A stretch of DNA of 64,000 nt, taken from NCBI GenBank assembly GCA_963783665.1, contig CAWANZ010000004.1:15866-79865 (forward strand), given 5' to 3'. The notes beneath the pieces are model-generated. The model saw only the letters and a list, made by a program, of their open reading frames with translations. It did no database searches and was not told the origin of the DNA. The DNA comes from Candidatus Aminicenantes bacterium (GTDB taxonomy: Bacteria > Acidobacteriota > Aminicenantia > Aminicenantales > UBA4085). Of the stretch, positions 31,245 to 42,834 are shown in pieces. The position numbers and the translations under genes are program-made. Each line of letters opens with the position of its first letter. Position 1 is the stretch's first letter.

Positions 31245-32180
31245 AGATCGCGACGAAGGCCCAGATTCAGGGAATCCTCCCCACCCTGGACCTGATCCCG
31301 GCCATCGAGGAGGGCTTCGTCGCCTATTCCGAAGGCCGGGCCGTCGTCCCCCCGGTCGGCGAGTTGATCCTGGACAAGGGAGAGGTCCACATCAAGTCCG
31401 GATTCATCAAGGGTGACGATCTCTACGTCATCAAGATCGCCTCCGGCTTCTACGGGAATTCCGCTCTTGGACTTCCATCGGGCAACGGCTGCATGCTCCT
31501 ATTCAATCAAAACACCGGAGAGAGCGCGGCCGTCCTGCTGGACGAAGGGCTTCTGACCGATGTCCGGACGGCGGTCGCGGGCGCCGTGGCGGCCAAGTAT
31601 TTCGCTCCCCGGAAAGTCGAGCGGATCGGCATCGTCGGAGCCGGCGTTCAAGCCCGTCTCCAGCTCGCATGGCTCAGGCGGGTCACCGATTGCCGGGACG
31701 TTTTAGCCTGGGGGCCGATTCCGGACGAGCTCGAGGCGTACAAGCGGGAAATGGAATCCCGAGGCTTTAAGGTCGAGACCACGCCGAATACTCCGGCCAT
31801 CCTCACAGACCTGCAACCTGGTCGTTACGGCCACGCCCTCGAAGACACCGCTCCTTTCAGCCGCCGACCTTCGGCCCGGTACCCATATCACCGCCGTTGG
31901 TTCGGACACGCCGGACAAACAAGAGCTCGATTCGGAGATCCTGGCCCGGGCCGACGTCGTCGTGGCCGACAGCCTCCCTCAATGCCGCCTTCGGGGCGAG
32001 ATCCACAAGGCCCTCGAAGCGGGTAAGATCAAGGAAGACGGGATTGTTGAGCTGGGGGCGGTCATCGCCGGCCGGGAAAAAGGCCGGACATCGGAGAGCC
32101 AGATCACCGTCGTCGACTTGACCGGAGTGGCCGTTCAGGACATCAAAATCGCTGAGGCCGTATACCAAGCGCTCTCGTAA
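31241..32180 (+). CDS. Ornithine cyclodeaminase / mu-crystallin family protein; frameshift near 31810
   Basis: ATGA overlap with the aminotransferase; VIKIASGFYGN, LTDVRTAVAGAVAA, GIVGAGVQAR, HITAVGSD, ITVVDLTGVAVQD. Confidence 0.9.
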
Positions 32181-32197
32181 TTATCCCCTTTGCCCGT

Positions 32198-33181
32198 TCA
32201 GATTAAGTCAGCCGCGTAGAGTGTCTTGCCGGAGATGAAATACATCCGGTTGCCGAAAATCCTGACCACGGTTCGGGTGGCGTCGAATTCTGCTTTGACC
32301 GGATAGAAGCCTTTAGCCTTCCCTTCCTTGGTATAGCGGAGAAAACCGGTCTTCTCGACGCTCTGCACATACATCCAAAGGTCGCCCTCCAGCCCGACGG
32401 CGAGGTGACAGACCAGGGGGAAGCGATCCGGGACGTAAGCGAAGAACGGCGGCTTGGCTTTTTCCTTCCGGCTCAGAAGCCTCGCCCTGTCCGCCTCGGG
32501 GAGAGGAACGGGAGTCAGGGTTTCGGAGGCCACGGCGTCAGACTTGCTGTCCTCGTAGCGGAAGATGCGGACAGCGTCGCTCGCCGCCCAGAAGACATCC
32601 CCGCCGGGGCCGAGGGCGTAAAAGTAATTACGGGCATATTCATCCGACAGGTAGAATTCCTCGCCCGCTTTGAGCTCGGGGAAGAATTCCTTCAAGTCGT
32701 GGGATGCCAGGCGGTCCAGCTCGTGGCCCTGGGGCGAGCGGAGGGACACAACGGCCTTTAGCTCCGGAGCGACGATCAACTCCCCCACATACCGTCCGTC
32801 CTCGAAGACGCGGGAATAATTCGGCGTCACCTCTTCGGGGAAGGCGGTTTTGCCCAGGAAACGGCCGTTCAGGTCGAATGTCAGCAGGCCGAGGGAATCG
32901 ACGGCCAAGAGCTTGCCGCCGAACGCCCCGATCCCGGTCAAGTGGGTGAATTGCCCTTCGCCCGTTCCGGGGCCGCCAAATTCGAGGAGAAATTTACCGG
33001 CCGGGTCGAATTTCTTGATCCGGTACTCAGAGTAGTCGAAAGTAAAGATCGAACCATCCGCGGAAACGGCGATATCGCGGATCGGTTTATCAGGGGTTTC
33101 CAGAATACGAACGGGCGTAAGCGCCGTATCGTCCAGCCCGGAGGCAAGAAACGCCAGGCAAAGGAGCGCATGGAAGATCAT
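32198..33181 (-). CDS. Exported 6-bladed (NHL-like) beta-propeller protein
   Basis: Short signal peptide; DIAVSADGSIF, KFDPAGKFLLEFGGPGTGEGQF. Confidence 0.75.
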   Translation of the reverse strand: MIFHALLCLAFLASGLDDTALTPVRILETPDKPIRDIAVSADGSIFTFDYSEYRIKKFDPAGKFLLEFGGPGTGEGQFTHLTGIGAFGGKLLAVDSLGLLTFDLNGRFLGKTAFPEEVTPNYSRVFEDGRYVGELIVAPELKAVVSLRSPQGHELDRLASHDLKEFFPELKAGEEFYLSDEYARNYFYALGPGGDVFWAASDAVRIFRYEDSKSDAVASETLTPVPLPEADRARLLSRKEKAKPPFFAYVPDRFPLVCHLAVGLEGDLWMYVQSVEKTGFLRYTKEGKAKGFYPVKAEFDATRTVVRIFGNRMYFISGKTLYAADLI

Positions 33182-33373
33182 TCGATTTCTCCAACGAGGG
33201 GATATGCCCTAATAATACGACCGGTTCAGGGAATTGTTGCATAAATCCTCTTCATCATTCCGGCGGCCGCCACGAATCGGGGATTTCCGCCCGCCTCGAT
33301 TTCCAGCCCGCCTGGGAGTACACTGATCGAAGACAGGCGGGCGAAAGCGAAGCGCCCGGAGGAGGCACGGAAG

Positions 33374-35055
33374 ATGAACAAAGCGTTTTTGAGGTGGTCG
33401 CTCGGCATCCTGATGGTTCTAGCCGGACGTCTTGTCGAGGGCCAAGCCGGCCTCCCCTTACCGAAGTTTGATGACCATTGCACCTCGATCGCGGTCGGAC
33501 GGCTGGCCTCGACGGACGGCTCCGTCATCGCCTCGCATGACGGGTGCTGCACAAACAGCCGCCTGCATGTCGTCCCCGCCAAGGATTGGCCGGCGGGTTC
33601 CACGGCCCCGGTTTATTTCGGCCTCCAGGACGTTCCTCCGGGGAGCACCTACGAGCATCGCGGGGAAATCCTGGGGCAAATCCCCCAGGTGCCTCACACC
33701 TTCGCCTACCTCCACACCGGGTACCCGCAGATGAACGAACACCAGCTGATGATCGCCGAATCGACGCTCTACCAGCGGCCCGAGCTGGCCCGGTTCGCCG
33801 ACACAGGCGAGCAGATCATGACGATCGAGCAAGCCCAGCTTTTCGCCCTGCAACGCTGCAAAACCGCGCGCGAGGCGGTGAAGCTCATCGGCTCGCTTCT
33901 GGAAGAGTACGGGTTTCACACTTCCTGCGGTCCGGCCAGCGAAGGACTGCTCGTCACCGATCCCCAAGAAGTATGGCTGCTCGAGGTCGTCAGCCTTCCC
34001 CTGAAGAATTGGAAACGGGGCAGCGGGGTTCCCGGCGCGGTCTGGGTCGCCCAACGCATTCCGGACGACCACATCGTCGTCCTGGCCAACACCCATATCA
34101 TGCGCGATATCGACCTGTCGAAGCCGGACTGGTACATGGGATCGGCCAATTACAAGCAGGCCGCGATCGACATGGGGTGGTACGATCCGGCCGGAGGGGA
34201 GCCGTTCCGCTTCCACGAGGCGTACGGCAGCTACCCGAGCGACGGGCAGATGTCGCGCCTGTGGCTCTTCTACAAGACATTCGTCCCGAGCTATAGAAAC
34301 GCGAATGGCCGCGATCTCGACATGGGCCCTTCCGATTTCTACGATCCTTACCATACCCGCCGCTTTCCCGACGAATTACCTGCCGCTTTCCGCCAAGCCG
34401 GACAAGCCCCTTTCGGTCCAGGACGTCATGACCTTCCAGCGCTCCGTCTTCGAGGGAACGCCGTATGACATGACGGCCGACCATGACTGGATCGTTCCGG
34501 ACGGAAAGGGCGGCTTCGTGAAGAGCCCGCTGACGACGCCCTTCCCCAGCAAGGACTGGCGGGACCTGCTCGACATCCCCCACAACCGCCAAGTCGCGAG
34601 ATCGACCGGGGACGTACGGTTTCGTCGGGCAGGTCAGAAGCTGGCTGCCGGGATGGATCGGCGGGAAGTACTGGTTCTATGTCTGCAATCAGTACGTCAG
34701 CACGTTCACTCCCGTCTACGCGGGCGTGAGCGAGATTTCGCCTCTCTATTCCACCTACAACAGCGAAGCCTATCAGCCCGACTCGGCCTGGTGGGCGGTA
34801 CGCGCCGTTTTCAACGTCATGCACCTCAAATTCAAGGCCTTCACCGAGGAGCTCCGGGCCTGGCGCGATCCGCTCGAGCGGCGGTTTTTCAGCGAAGAGA
34901 AGGACATCGAAGCCAAGGCGCTCGACCTTTACAAAAAGAGCCCGGCCGAGGCCCAACGCTTTCTGACCGAATACAGCCCGGAGGCCATGAAGGAAATCGT
35001 CGACCGGTACCACAAGTTCTTCTGGCAATGCGTGGCGAAGGGGTATTCGGATTAG
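33374..35055 (+). CDS. C69 family dipeptidase (Ntn Cys nucleophile); frameshifts near 34370 and 34610
   Basis: Signal peptide then HCTSIAVGRLASTDGS; MNEHQL.IAEST; WVAQRIPDD; C-terminal parts in ORFs 34305 and 34726-35055. Confidence 0.88.
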
Positions 35056-35136
35056 CGGAGAGCAAGACTTTCCGCGGAGAAAACGGTCCGAATAAAATCA
35101 AGCCTCCAAGCGGGAAAGGATCGATCCTGGGATGCC

Positions 35137-38103
35137 TCAGAGAATCGTAACATAGACCGTTTTCCTGGTTTTACCCAACGAATCGACGATCACGAAACGA
35201 AATTCCCCGCGGAATCCCGGCCCGGGCTGCCAGTAAAACGCGCCGGCTTCCGGGTCGAAGGATGAGCCGATCGGAAGCGGACGAAGCTCTTCGCCGACGA
35301 GCTGGAAGGCCTCGTAGCGGGGGGCTTTCTCGCGCATTTGCCTCCCGCGTTCGATCATCTCCGTTTCCGTTTCTCACGCATCGCGCTCATTCAGATAAAT
35401 CGCCAAGCGCGTGACTTCGGGAATCGAAATCCGGATCGTTCCATCGGGATCGGGAAGGACGATTTCGGCAGGGACATCCGCCGCCATTCCCCGTTTCACG
35501 AATACGGGCGTTTGGATATCATCAGGCATTCCTAGGATCCCGGAAACCCGGCGGTTAATCGAATGGGGAAAGTCCGGCGTGCCCGCACTATTTGAGTGTT
35601 CGGCCTTTTTTCCGATCCCCCTTCGCTTGGCGGCATTCTTTAGGTTGAATCCTGCCGTCTCTTCGACAACCGTGTTTTGAGATTTTTCATTTGCCTGCAT
35701 ACCGGCCGCAGCTGCGTTTTCCAGCGCCGGGCCCAGGTTCTGAATCGTAAAGTACCGGCTTCCGATTCCGTCCGTGTTCCCGCCGGTGTCCGTCGCGCTC
35801 CACTCGATCGTGTGGACGCCGTTGGCGTAGCCCGTCGTGTCCAGGGAGAAGAGGCCGACCGCGCCGTTGGAATTGGCGTAGCCCGGGAAGAGAGTGGCGA
35901 TATCGGCCCGATAGTTGTTATAAACCGGATGGCCCAGCGGAAAGCCGTCCACCCAAACGTTGATCGTCGATCCGTCGACCGGGATGGAATTGGGCTGTGG
36001 CGTCAGCGCCCAGCCGAAGTTGAGATAGGCATTTCCCGACGCCGTCCCGCCCTGCACGGGCGTATCGATCGCCCCAAACGGCTTGACCGCATTGAGCGTT
36101 GTTGCAGACGATGGTTTTACTCCCGAGAAGCACTTCCTGCCCTTCCAAGTCCATCGCATAAGCGAGAAGGTTGAACGTCCCGTTCCCGCCGTTGGGAAGA
36201 AAGTTGGTGAGCAGCATGTAACCCCAGCCGGCCCTGTCGTTTTGCGGATAGCTCGGATAAGCCGCCTCAACATCAGGTCGGGCTCCTTCGACAAAAACCG
36301 CATCGCCGATGTAAATTCGGTCCGTTTCGTCCGTTCCGCGGTAAATTTTGACGGATTGGACACCGATATCGTCCAACGCCCAGCCGGTCACCGGAATCGA
36401 AGAAGAAACCGTTTCTCCGCCGGCCGGCGTGTCAATTGTCCCGAACGGCGGGACGTTTGTCCCTGTTTCAAGAATATGCAAATGCACCAAAATCGATGCA
36501 CCCGAGTAAGCGGCGGCGGGATCCAAAATCGTGATCCAGGCGGAGTGAAAGCCGACGGGAAGATCCGTCCTCGCGATTCCCACCGAAATGGTAGCGTTTC
36601 CAACCCCGCTTGTCGGCGAAAACGTGAGCCAATCGACCGGAGCCGAAACCGTCCAATTCAACGTCCCGGGTCCCGAATTCCACAGGAGCGTTGATCCGAG
36701 GGGGGTCACGGGACCTCCCGGTAAACCGTAAAACCGGAAAAAGCTTTTCGAAAGGTTCATGATCGGTCTTTGGGCGAGCTGAGCGTTGATATTCGGCGTC
36801 AGGCTTCCCGAAATCACCGTCACGTCCTGGGCGGTTTCGATGGATGTTTTGTTATCGTACCATTCCGTAGAATGCAGTTGATCTTCAAAGCATATCTTAT
36901 ATTGACCCGGGGCAAGATTCGATAAGACATAGTCTCCGTTCGAATCCGACGGAGTCGATTTGACCGCGCCACCGGAACCGTCGGCGCGGTACGCGGTTAT
37001 CCAAGCCGAGGCGATCCCGCCCCCGGACTCCTGGGTGACCCGGCCCCCGATTTTCCCGGTCATCACGAGTTGGGCATTGATGTTCTGGACGACGCTTTCG
37101 GCACCCACCGCAACAGGATCAGCGGTCTCAGAGGAATTTTTGTCGTTGTACCATTCCGTGACATACCCGGGCTCGTCCTCTTCCTCAAACTTCAGCTTAT
37201 ACTGTCCGGGCATCAGCCCCGTTATCGTGTAGTATCCCGAACTGTTCGTAAACGCGTTTCTTGACCAATCCACATCAATACCGCCGGCGGTGACGTTTAC
37301 CCCCCCGATTCCTATTCCCCGAAAGATCTGTCACCCGGCCTGTGATTTGTCCGCCTTTCGAAAGCTGGGCGTCGATCGAAGTCAATCCGCCGGCCGTCAC
37401 GGAGACGACATCGGCCGCTGCACGCGTGCTTTTGTCGTTATACCATTCGGACAAATACCCCTCGGGATTCGAATATGGGTGGAAAGAGACGAGCAAATCT
37501 TTGACGGGCACGCCTGTAATCAGATAGTATCCATTGTCGTCGGTGGCAGAGGATAATCTGATGACATTCATATAGAAGCCCGTCACGTCGAATACCTGCA
37601 CTACGATGTTCGACACGCCCAGGCCGGCTTGATTCGTGACCCGTCCAGAAATTCGGCCGGCCGGCGCCGAATTGGGCGTCGATATTTGAGGTGTTCAGAC
37701 CGTCGGTTACGGAGATCCGTTGACGGTAAAAATTTAAAAAGTCCAAGTTGTCATATTGTTCTGAAACATAATCCAGGCCGGCGCTGTTAAAATCGATCGA
37801 ATAGTAGTTCGTCGCCAAACCGGAAAACGCATAAGATCCTCCCCCGTCCGTCCAGGCTTCACCGCATTTCGTCCATGTGGCGTGCCAGCCCGAGGAATAT
37901 GAATATATGACGACTTTGATGTTTTGGATTCCAGCGCCGGCCTCGTCCGTCACCCGGCCGGAGATTCCGCCCGTGGCCTGTCCAGCCGATAGATCGGGCG
38001 GGAGATTCCCGAAAGCCCGACGGTCGCTCCCGGATAGAAAGCAGGCCAGAAAAACGATAAAGACCGCCCTTATCGCGCAAGATCCGCCGTACTCTTTTTT
38101 CAT
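35137..38103 (-). CDS. Large surface protein A: 4 carboxypeptidase-regulatory-like repeats, BACON-like domain, conserved C-terminal module; several frameshifts
   Basis: Repeats of G.I.GRVT...G.GI...GYY.I..L..G.Y....EWY.DK....A..V.V..G.....I.AQL; LNWTVS...DWL..SPTSG.G; PPFGTIDTP...GWALDD; ends RKTVYVTIL. Confidence 0.8.
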
Positions 38104-38209
38104 TTCCCATTCCCTCGCCGCACGAAAGGCTTTTATCGATTATAAATCAACATTAACGGCCCTTCAAACGCGTCCCGCGGCAAGAGAAATCTCTCGAATT
38201 ACGAATGAT

Positions 38210-40803
38210 TCATCTCGGAATAATTTTAATATTTATCGTCTTTTTTACGGGAGAGGCCGGCGCGTTTCCTATTAATATGATCGTATAGTCACCGATGAAT
38301 CCCGGGCCAGGCTGCCAATAGAAAGTGCCGGTTTCCGGATCGAAGGACGCGCCGATAGGAAGCGGACGGAGCTCCCCGCCGACGAGCTGATAGGCCTCAT
38401 AGCGGGGGGCATCATCGGCATCACGAACCGAGATCCCCGCGCGGCGCTCGGCGCTCCTGGTCCGGCGGTTCTGGATTTCCAAGACCGTCTCAGTCGCGTT
38501 TTCTTCATTCTGATATATCGCCAGGCGGGTGACTTCCGGAATTGTAATCCTGGTTGTCCCATCGCTTCCGGGCAAAACCGCCTCGACCGGAGCATTTGAG
38601 GTCAATCCACGCCTCACAGATACGGGCGTCCAGACATCTTCGGGCATGGCGAGGATCTCTTCCACTGAACGTCCTCGCTGACCGAAACCAGCAGCCGCAC
38701 CAACGACACGGGAATCCGTCGCCAGTCCGTCTCGGGCTATATCCAAATTGGCTTTTTCCGTGTCCTGATTCGCCGTCGGCGTCGGGCTCAGGTTCTGAAC
38801 CGTAAAGTACCGACTTCCGATCCCGTCCGTGTTCCCTCCGGTGTCCGTCGCGCTCCATTCGATGGTATGGACGCCGTTGGCGTAACCGGTCGTATCCAGG
38901 GAGAAGAAGCCGACCGCCCCGTTGGAATTGGCATATCCGGGAAAATTGAGTCGCGACATCCGCCCGGTAGTTATTGTAAACAGGATGCCCCAGAGGCAAG
39001 CCGTCGACCCAAACGTTGATCGTCGAACCGTCGACCGGGATGGAATTGGGCTGTGGCGTCAGCACCCAGCCGAAATTGAAGATAAGCGCTGCCGGATGCC
39101 GTCCCGCCCTGGGCGGGCGTATCGATCGCCCCGAACGGCTTGACCGCATTGGCGTTGTCGCACATGATTATTTTCGTCCCGAGGAGGGTTTCATGTCCCT
39201 CCATATCCGTCGCATAAGCCAAGAGCGTAAATATTCCGTTCCCACCATTGGGAAGGAAGTTGGTGAGCAGCATATATCCCCAACCGGCTCGGTCACGTTG
39301 CGGGTAATCCCAATAAGAATTCGCAATATCCGGACGAGCCCCCTCCACAAACGTCGCGTCTCCGATATAAGACCGGCTGCCGTCCATCCACCCGGTATAG
39401 ATTTTCACCGAAACGACGCCGATATCATCCAGCGCCCAGCCGGTCACCGGGACGGTAGAAGACAACCATCCGGCGTTATCGGGCGTATCAAAGGAACCGA
39501 AAGGCGCGGCATCGGCCCCATCATCCAGCACGGTGTACGTAACCGAGATAACCTCAGGGGAATTCCAGGCGTTTGGGTCGGAGATAACGACCGTTCCATA
39601 GTATGTCCCGGGAGTTAAATCGGTTCGGGTGATTCCGATCGAAAGGACGGAATCTCCGATTCCGCTCGTTGGAAAAACGGAGAGCCAATCATCCCAGGAT
39701 GACGCCGTCCAGTTCAAGGTTCCGTTCCCGGAATTCGATAAAACCGTCGAACCGGCAGGCGTGATCGAACCGTTAGGAATCGCGGAAAAGTAAAAGGCCG
39801 TTTTCGACAAATCGATCGTCGTCATCTTGACGATCTGGGCATTGATGTTCGCGGTCGTACTTCCTGCGGCGACACTCACCGAATCGGCTGATTGGTAGCT
39901 GGCTTTGTCGTTGAACCACTCCACATAAAATCCATTCCGATAGAACCGGATTTTATAAGAACCCGGAGGCAGATCATTCGTAACGTAGTTGCCGCTTGAA
40001 TCCGAATAGGCAAAACCGACTGGGTTTTGCGAATTGTTGATATTATAAGCATCCAAAGAGACGCCTGGAATTCCAACTCCCCCAAGATCAATGATTCGTC
40101 CCGATATCTTCCCGTTCATCACCAATTGAGCGTTGATATTCGGCGTGAGGTTTTCGACGGTGACGGCCACCGCATTCGCCGTTCCGAAACCCGATTGATT
40201 GTCATACCATTCCGGAACAAAACTTGGAACACTCGAAGCCGAAAAAAATACTTTGTAATTGTCTGTCGGCAGCTTGGAAATTAAATAATATCCATTCGCA
40301 TCCGTTTCGGAGCTGCCGGCCCAGTTATAATCGGGAAAATATGCCCGGACATATCCTCCTTGGATTCCATCCCCATTCGCATCCGTTACCCGGCCGGAAA
40401 TCTGTCCGCCTTTTGTCAATTGAGCATCGACGTTTGATGTCGTGCCGCTTTCCAGCACTTCAACGGGGTCCGCGGTCGCAGGACTCATTTTGTCGCTGTA
40501 CCATTCGGAAAAATACACTTCGCTGTAACTTCCGAAATACGCGATATACGAACCGCTCGACAAACCGGAGATCGTATACCGGCCGTCGGCATCGGTCCAT
40601 GTTTCACGTCGAAAATCATAGTTTAATCCATAGATCTCGACTTCAATCCCGGCAATCCCCCCGCCAACGGAATTCGTCACCCGCCCCGAAATGCTCCCGG
40701 TCGCCTGAACCGCGTTCGGTCTGCTCCCCGATATCGCTCCAGAAAAGCAAACCGCCAGCAGCAAACCCGCCAGAAACACAATAACGCCTTTTAGATTTTT
40801 CAT
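38210..40803 (-). CDS. Large surface protein B, paralog of A with 3 repeats; frameshifts near 38960-39110
   Basis: Same architecture; signal peptide MKNLKGVIVFLAGLLLAVCFS; ends KKTINIKIIPR. Confidence 0.82.
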
Positions 40804-40958
40804 ACCCCCGCCTTTCGCTTCATTCCCGACAATTTCAAGCTAATTCCCTATTCCGCGTTCAGTTCGGAGGGCTCTCCTCGTTTCCGCGGAGAAGAGCAAC
40901 CCCGACCGCAATTTTATTCGAAAGCTTTTTCCGGAGCAATACCTCTAAGAAGATTCCT

Positions 40959-42824
40959 TCACTCCATCTTCAGCGTGATCTTCTTGGCCGCGGCGCCGCC
41001 CATCTTCGACTTGACGGCAAACTCCACCGTCCCCTGCGAGCCGTTCAGCTTGACCAGGGCGCAGAACTTCTTCGTCTCGTGGCCTTTGAGCCGGAACTCC
41101 GATCCGCCGGAGGCGACGACTTCGCTCGGGGCGGCCCGGTTCCAGGGATCGACCGCGGTCTGGGCTTTCGGGATGGCGACGATCTCGCAGCTGCCGCCGG
41201 CGCCGACCGTGATCTTATCCATGACCGCCCGCCGCAAGGCGACGGCCCGGTCCGAAGATGTCGGGTAGGCCTTGTCGTTCTTGACTTCGACTTCGACCCA
41301 GTACAGATCGTCGGTCGCCGGCGTCACCTTGATCTCGCCGAACTCGACCTTGGGGAACTGGGAGGCCGCGTACATGACGAAGTTGGCGTTGCGGAGGGCT
41401 TCGGTCTCGATATAGCGGGCCGGCGGAGTGCGGCCGATGTGCTTGCGCGACGTTCCGCCGATCCAGACTTCGCCCAGGTCGGGGTGGGTGGCCTTGTGCG
41501 GCAGCACCCAACCCTCGCCCATGAGCTCCAGGTCGATCCACTTCATCATCTCTTCGTCGTCGACCTCGCCGTCGTCGTTGATGTCCGCTTCGGATGTCGG
41601 ATCTCCCCAGAGCTCGATGAGATAGCTGTAGGCTCCGAACATGTAATAGGTGGCCGCGTGGGCCTGGCCGCTGAGTCCGCCGATCGTCGGCGTGTATTCC
41701 TTGAGCAGCCGCGCGCCCGTGCTCACGATCTCGTTCTGGACATCCAGGTCATGCTGGTATTCGGGGGCCACTTGGCGCGGAGCCCGGTAGATGTACTTAT
41801 CGGTTTTGCGCAGCTCGGCCAGCTGTTGCTGAGCCATTTGTTGCGCCCGCTGGGCGTATTCACCCGCCTGCCCCCCGGCCGGGGCTTGCGTCTGGACGGC
41901 CGGCGGAGCCTGGAACATGATCAACCGGCCGGTGTTGTGATAGTGGAAGGAGGCGAAGATATTGGACAACCCGAGCTGGAATTCGAAAACATTCCGGGTT
42001 TCCGCCTCGCTCATCGGGTAGGGAAAGCCGTCCGCGATCGTCCAGCCGTAGGGGAAATTCCGGTTCGGATCGGGCCCGCCGATATCGTCCTCGTTGATCT
42101 GCCCGTCGCCGTCGTTGTCGAAGCCCTCCCCGCCGATTCTCCGGAAGCGTTTCACTTCCTCACGGGGATCTTCCACCGGGATGAAGCGCCGCTTGTCCGG
42201 GGAAAGCTTGAAGCTTCCGTCCGGGTCCTCGACATACATCATCGAGAGCTCCATGTCGCCGTCGACGTCCTCGGTCTGGTCTTCGTCGAAGAGACCGTCG
42301 CCGTCGTCGTCGGTCGGACGGTAGGGTTCGCGCGGATTGTTCTCGGTGTTGGGGAAACGGACATAGGAATCGTTGGCGTCGACGTTGAGGCCGGGAAGAA
42401 TATAGAAGGTCGTCGCATCGACCAATCCGTGGACAAACGGATCATAGTCGTAGCGGGTCAGGAGATACCAGGCCAGATAGAGCGAGCAGGTGACGCCGTT
42501 GACCTCGTTGCCGTGGATGGCCCCATCGACCCACATCGCCCGCTTCGTTTCGGGTTTTCCGGTCGTCTTGGACGTGATGGTCAGGAGGAGCTGATCGCGG
42601 CCCATCCGGCTTTTGCCGATGGACTGGATATCGGCAAGCTGCGGGTATCTCTGCTGGAGCTCGCGCATGATCCGGGTCCATTCCTCGTAGGCGTAATAGC
42701 GCTTCCAGCTGATCGGATAATCGAGCTCGCCGTGATAGCCGCCGGGATTCTGCTGCAGCTTGGTCTGAGCCAGGAGTGTGCCGGCCAGGAGGATCGCCAG
42801 GATGAGGGTGACATGCTTTTTCAT
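40959..42824 (-). CDS. M14 zinc carboxypeptidase-like protein
   Basis: DGAIHGNE (HxxE), NRNF, FHYHNTG, LIELW; DxDGDG inserts. Confidence 0.88.
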   Translation of the reverse strand: MKKHVTLILAILLAGTLLAQTKLQQNPGGYHGELDYPISWKRYYAYEEWTRIMRELQQRYPQLADIQSIGKSRMGRDQLLLTITSKTTGKPETKRAMWVDGAIHGNEVNGVTCSLYLAWYLLTRYDYDPFVHGLVDATTFYILPGLNVDANDSYVRFPNTENNPREPYRPTDDDGDGLFDEDQTEDVDGDMELSMMYVEDPDGSFKLSPDKRRFIPVEDPREEVKRFRRIGGEGFDNDGDGQINEDDIGGPDPNRNFPYGWTIADGFPYPMSEAETRNVFEFQLGLSNIFASFHYHNTGRLIMFQAPPAVQTQAPAGGQAGEYAQRAQQMAQQQLAELRKTDKYIYRAPRQVAPEYQHDLDVQNEIVSTGARLLKEYTPTIGGLSGQAHAATYYMFGAYSYLIELWGDPTSEADINDDGEVDDEEMMKWIDLELMGEGWVLPHKATHPDLGEVWIGGTSRKHIGRTPPARYIETEALRNANFVMYAASQFPKVEFGEIKVTPATDDLYWVEVEVKNDKAYPTSSDRAVALRRAVMDKITVGAGGSCEIVAIPKAQTAVDPWNRAAPSEVVASGGSEFRLKGHETKKFCALVKLNGSQGTVEFAVKSKMGGAAAKKITLKME

Positions 42825-42834
42825 GGCGGGCCTC

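Noticed and set aside
33296-33360. Hairpin CCCGCCTG...CAGGCGGG upstream of the C69 gene as a riboswitch
   Set aside because: No conserved aptamer motif that I can recognise; an 8-bp GC stem is expected by chance. An Rfam scan would settle it.
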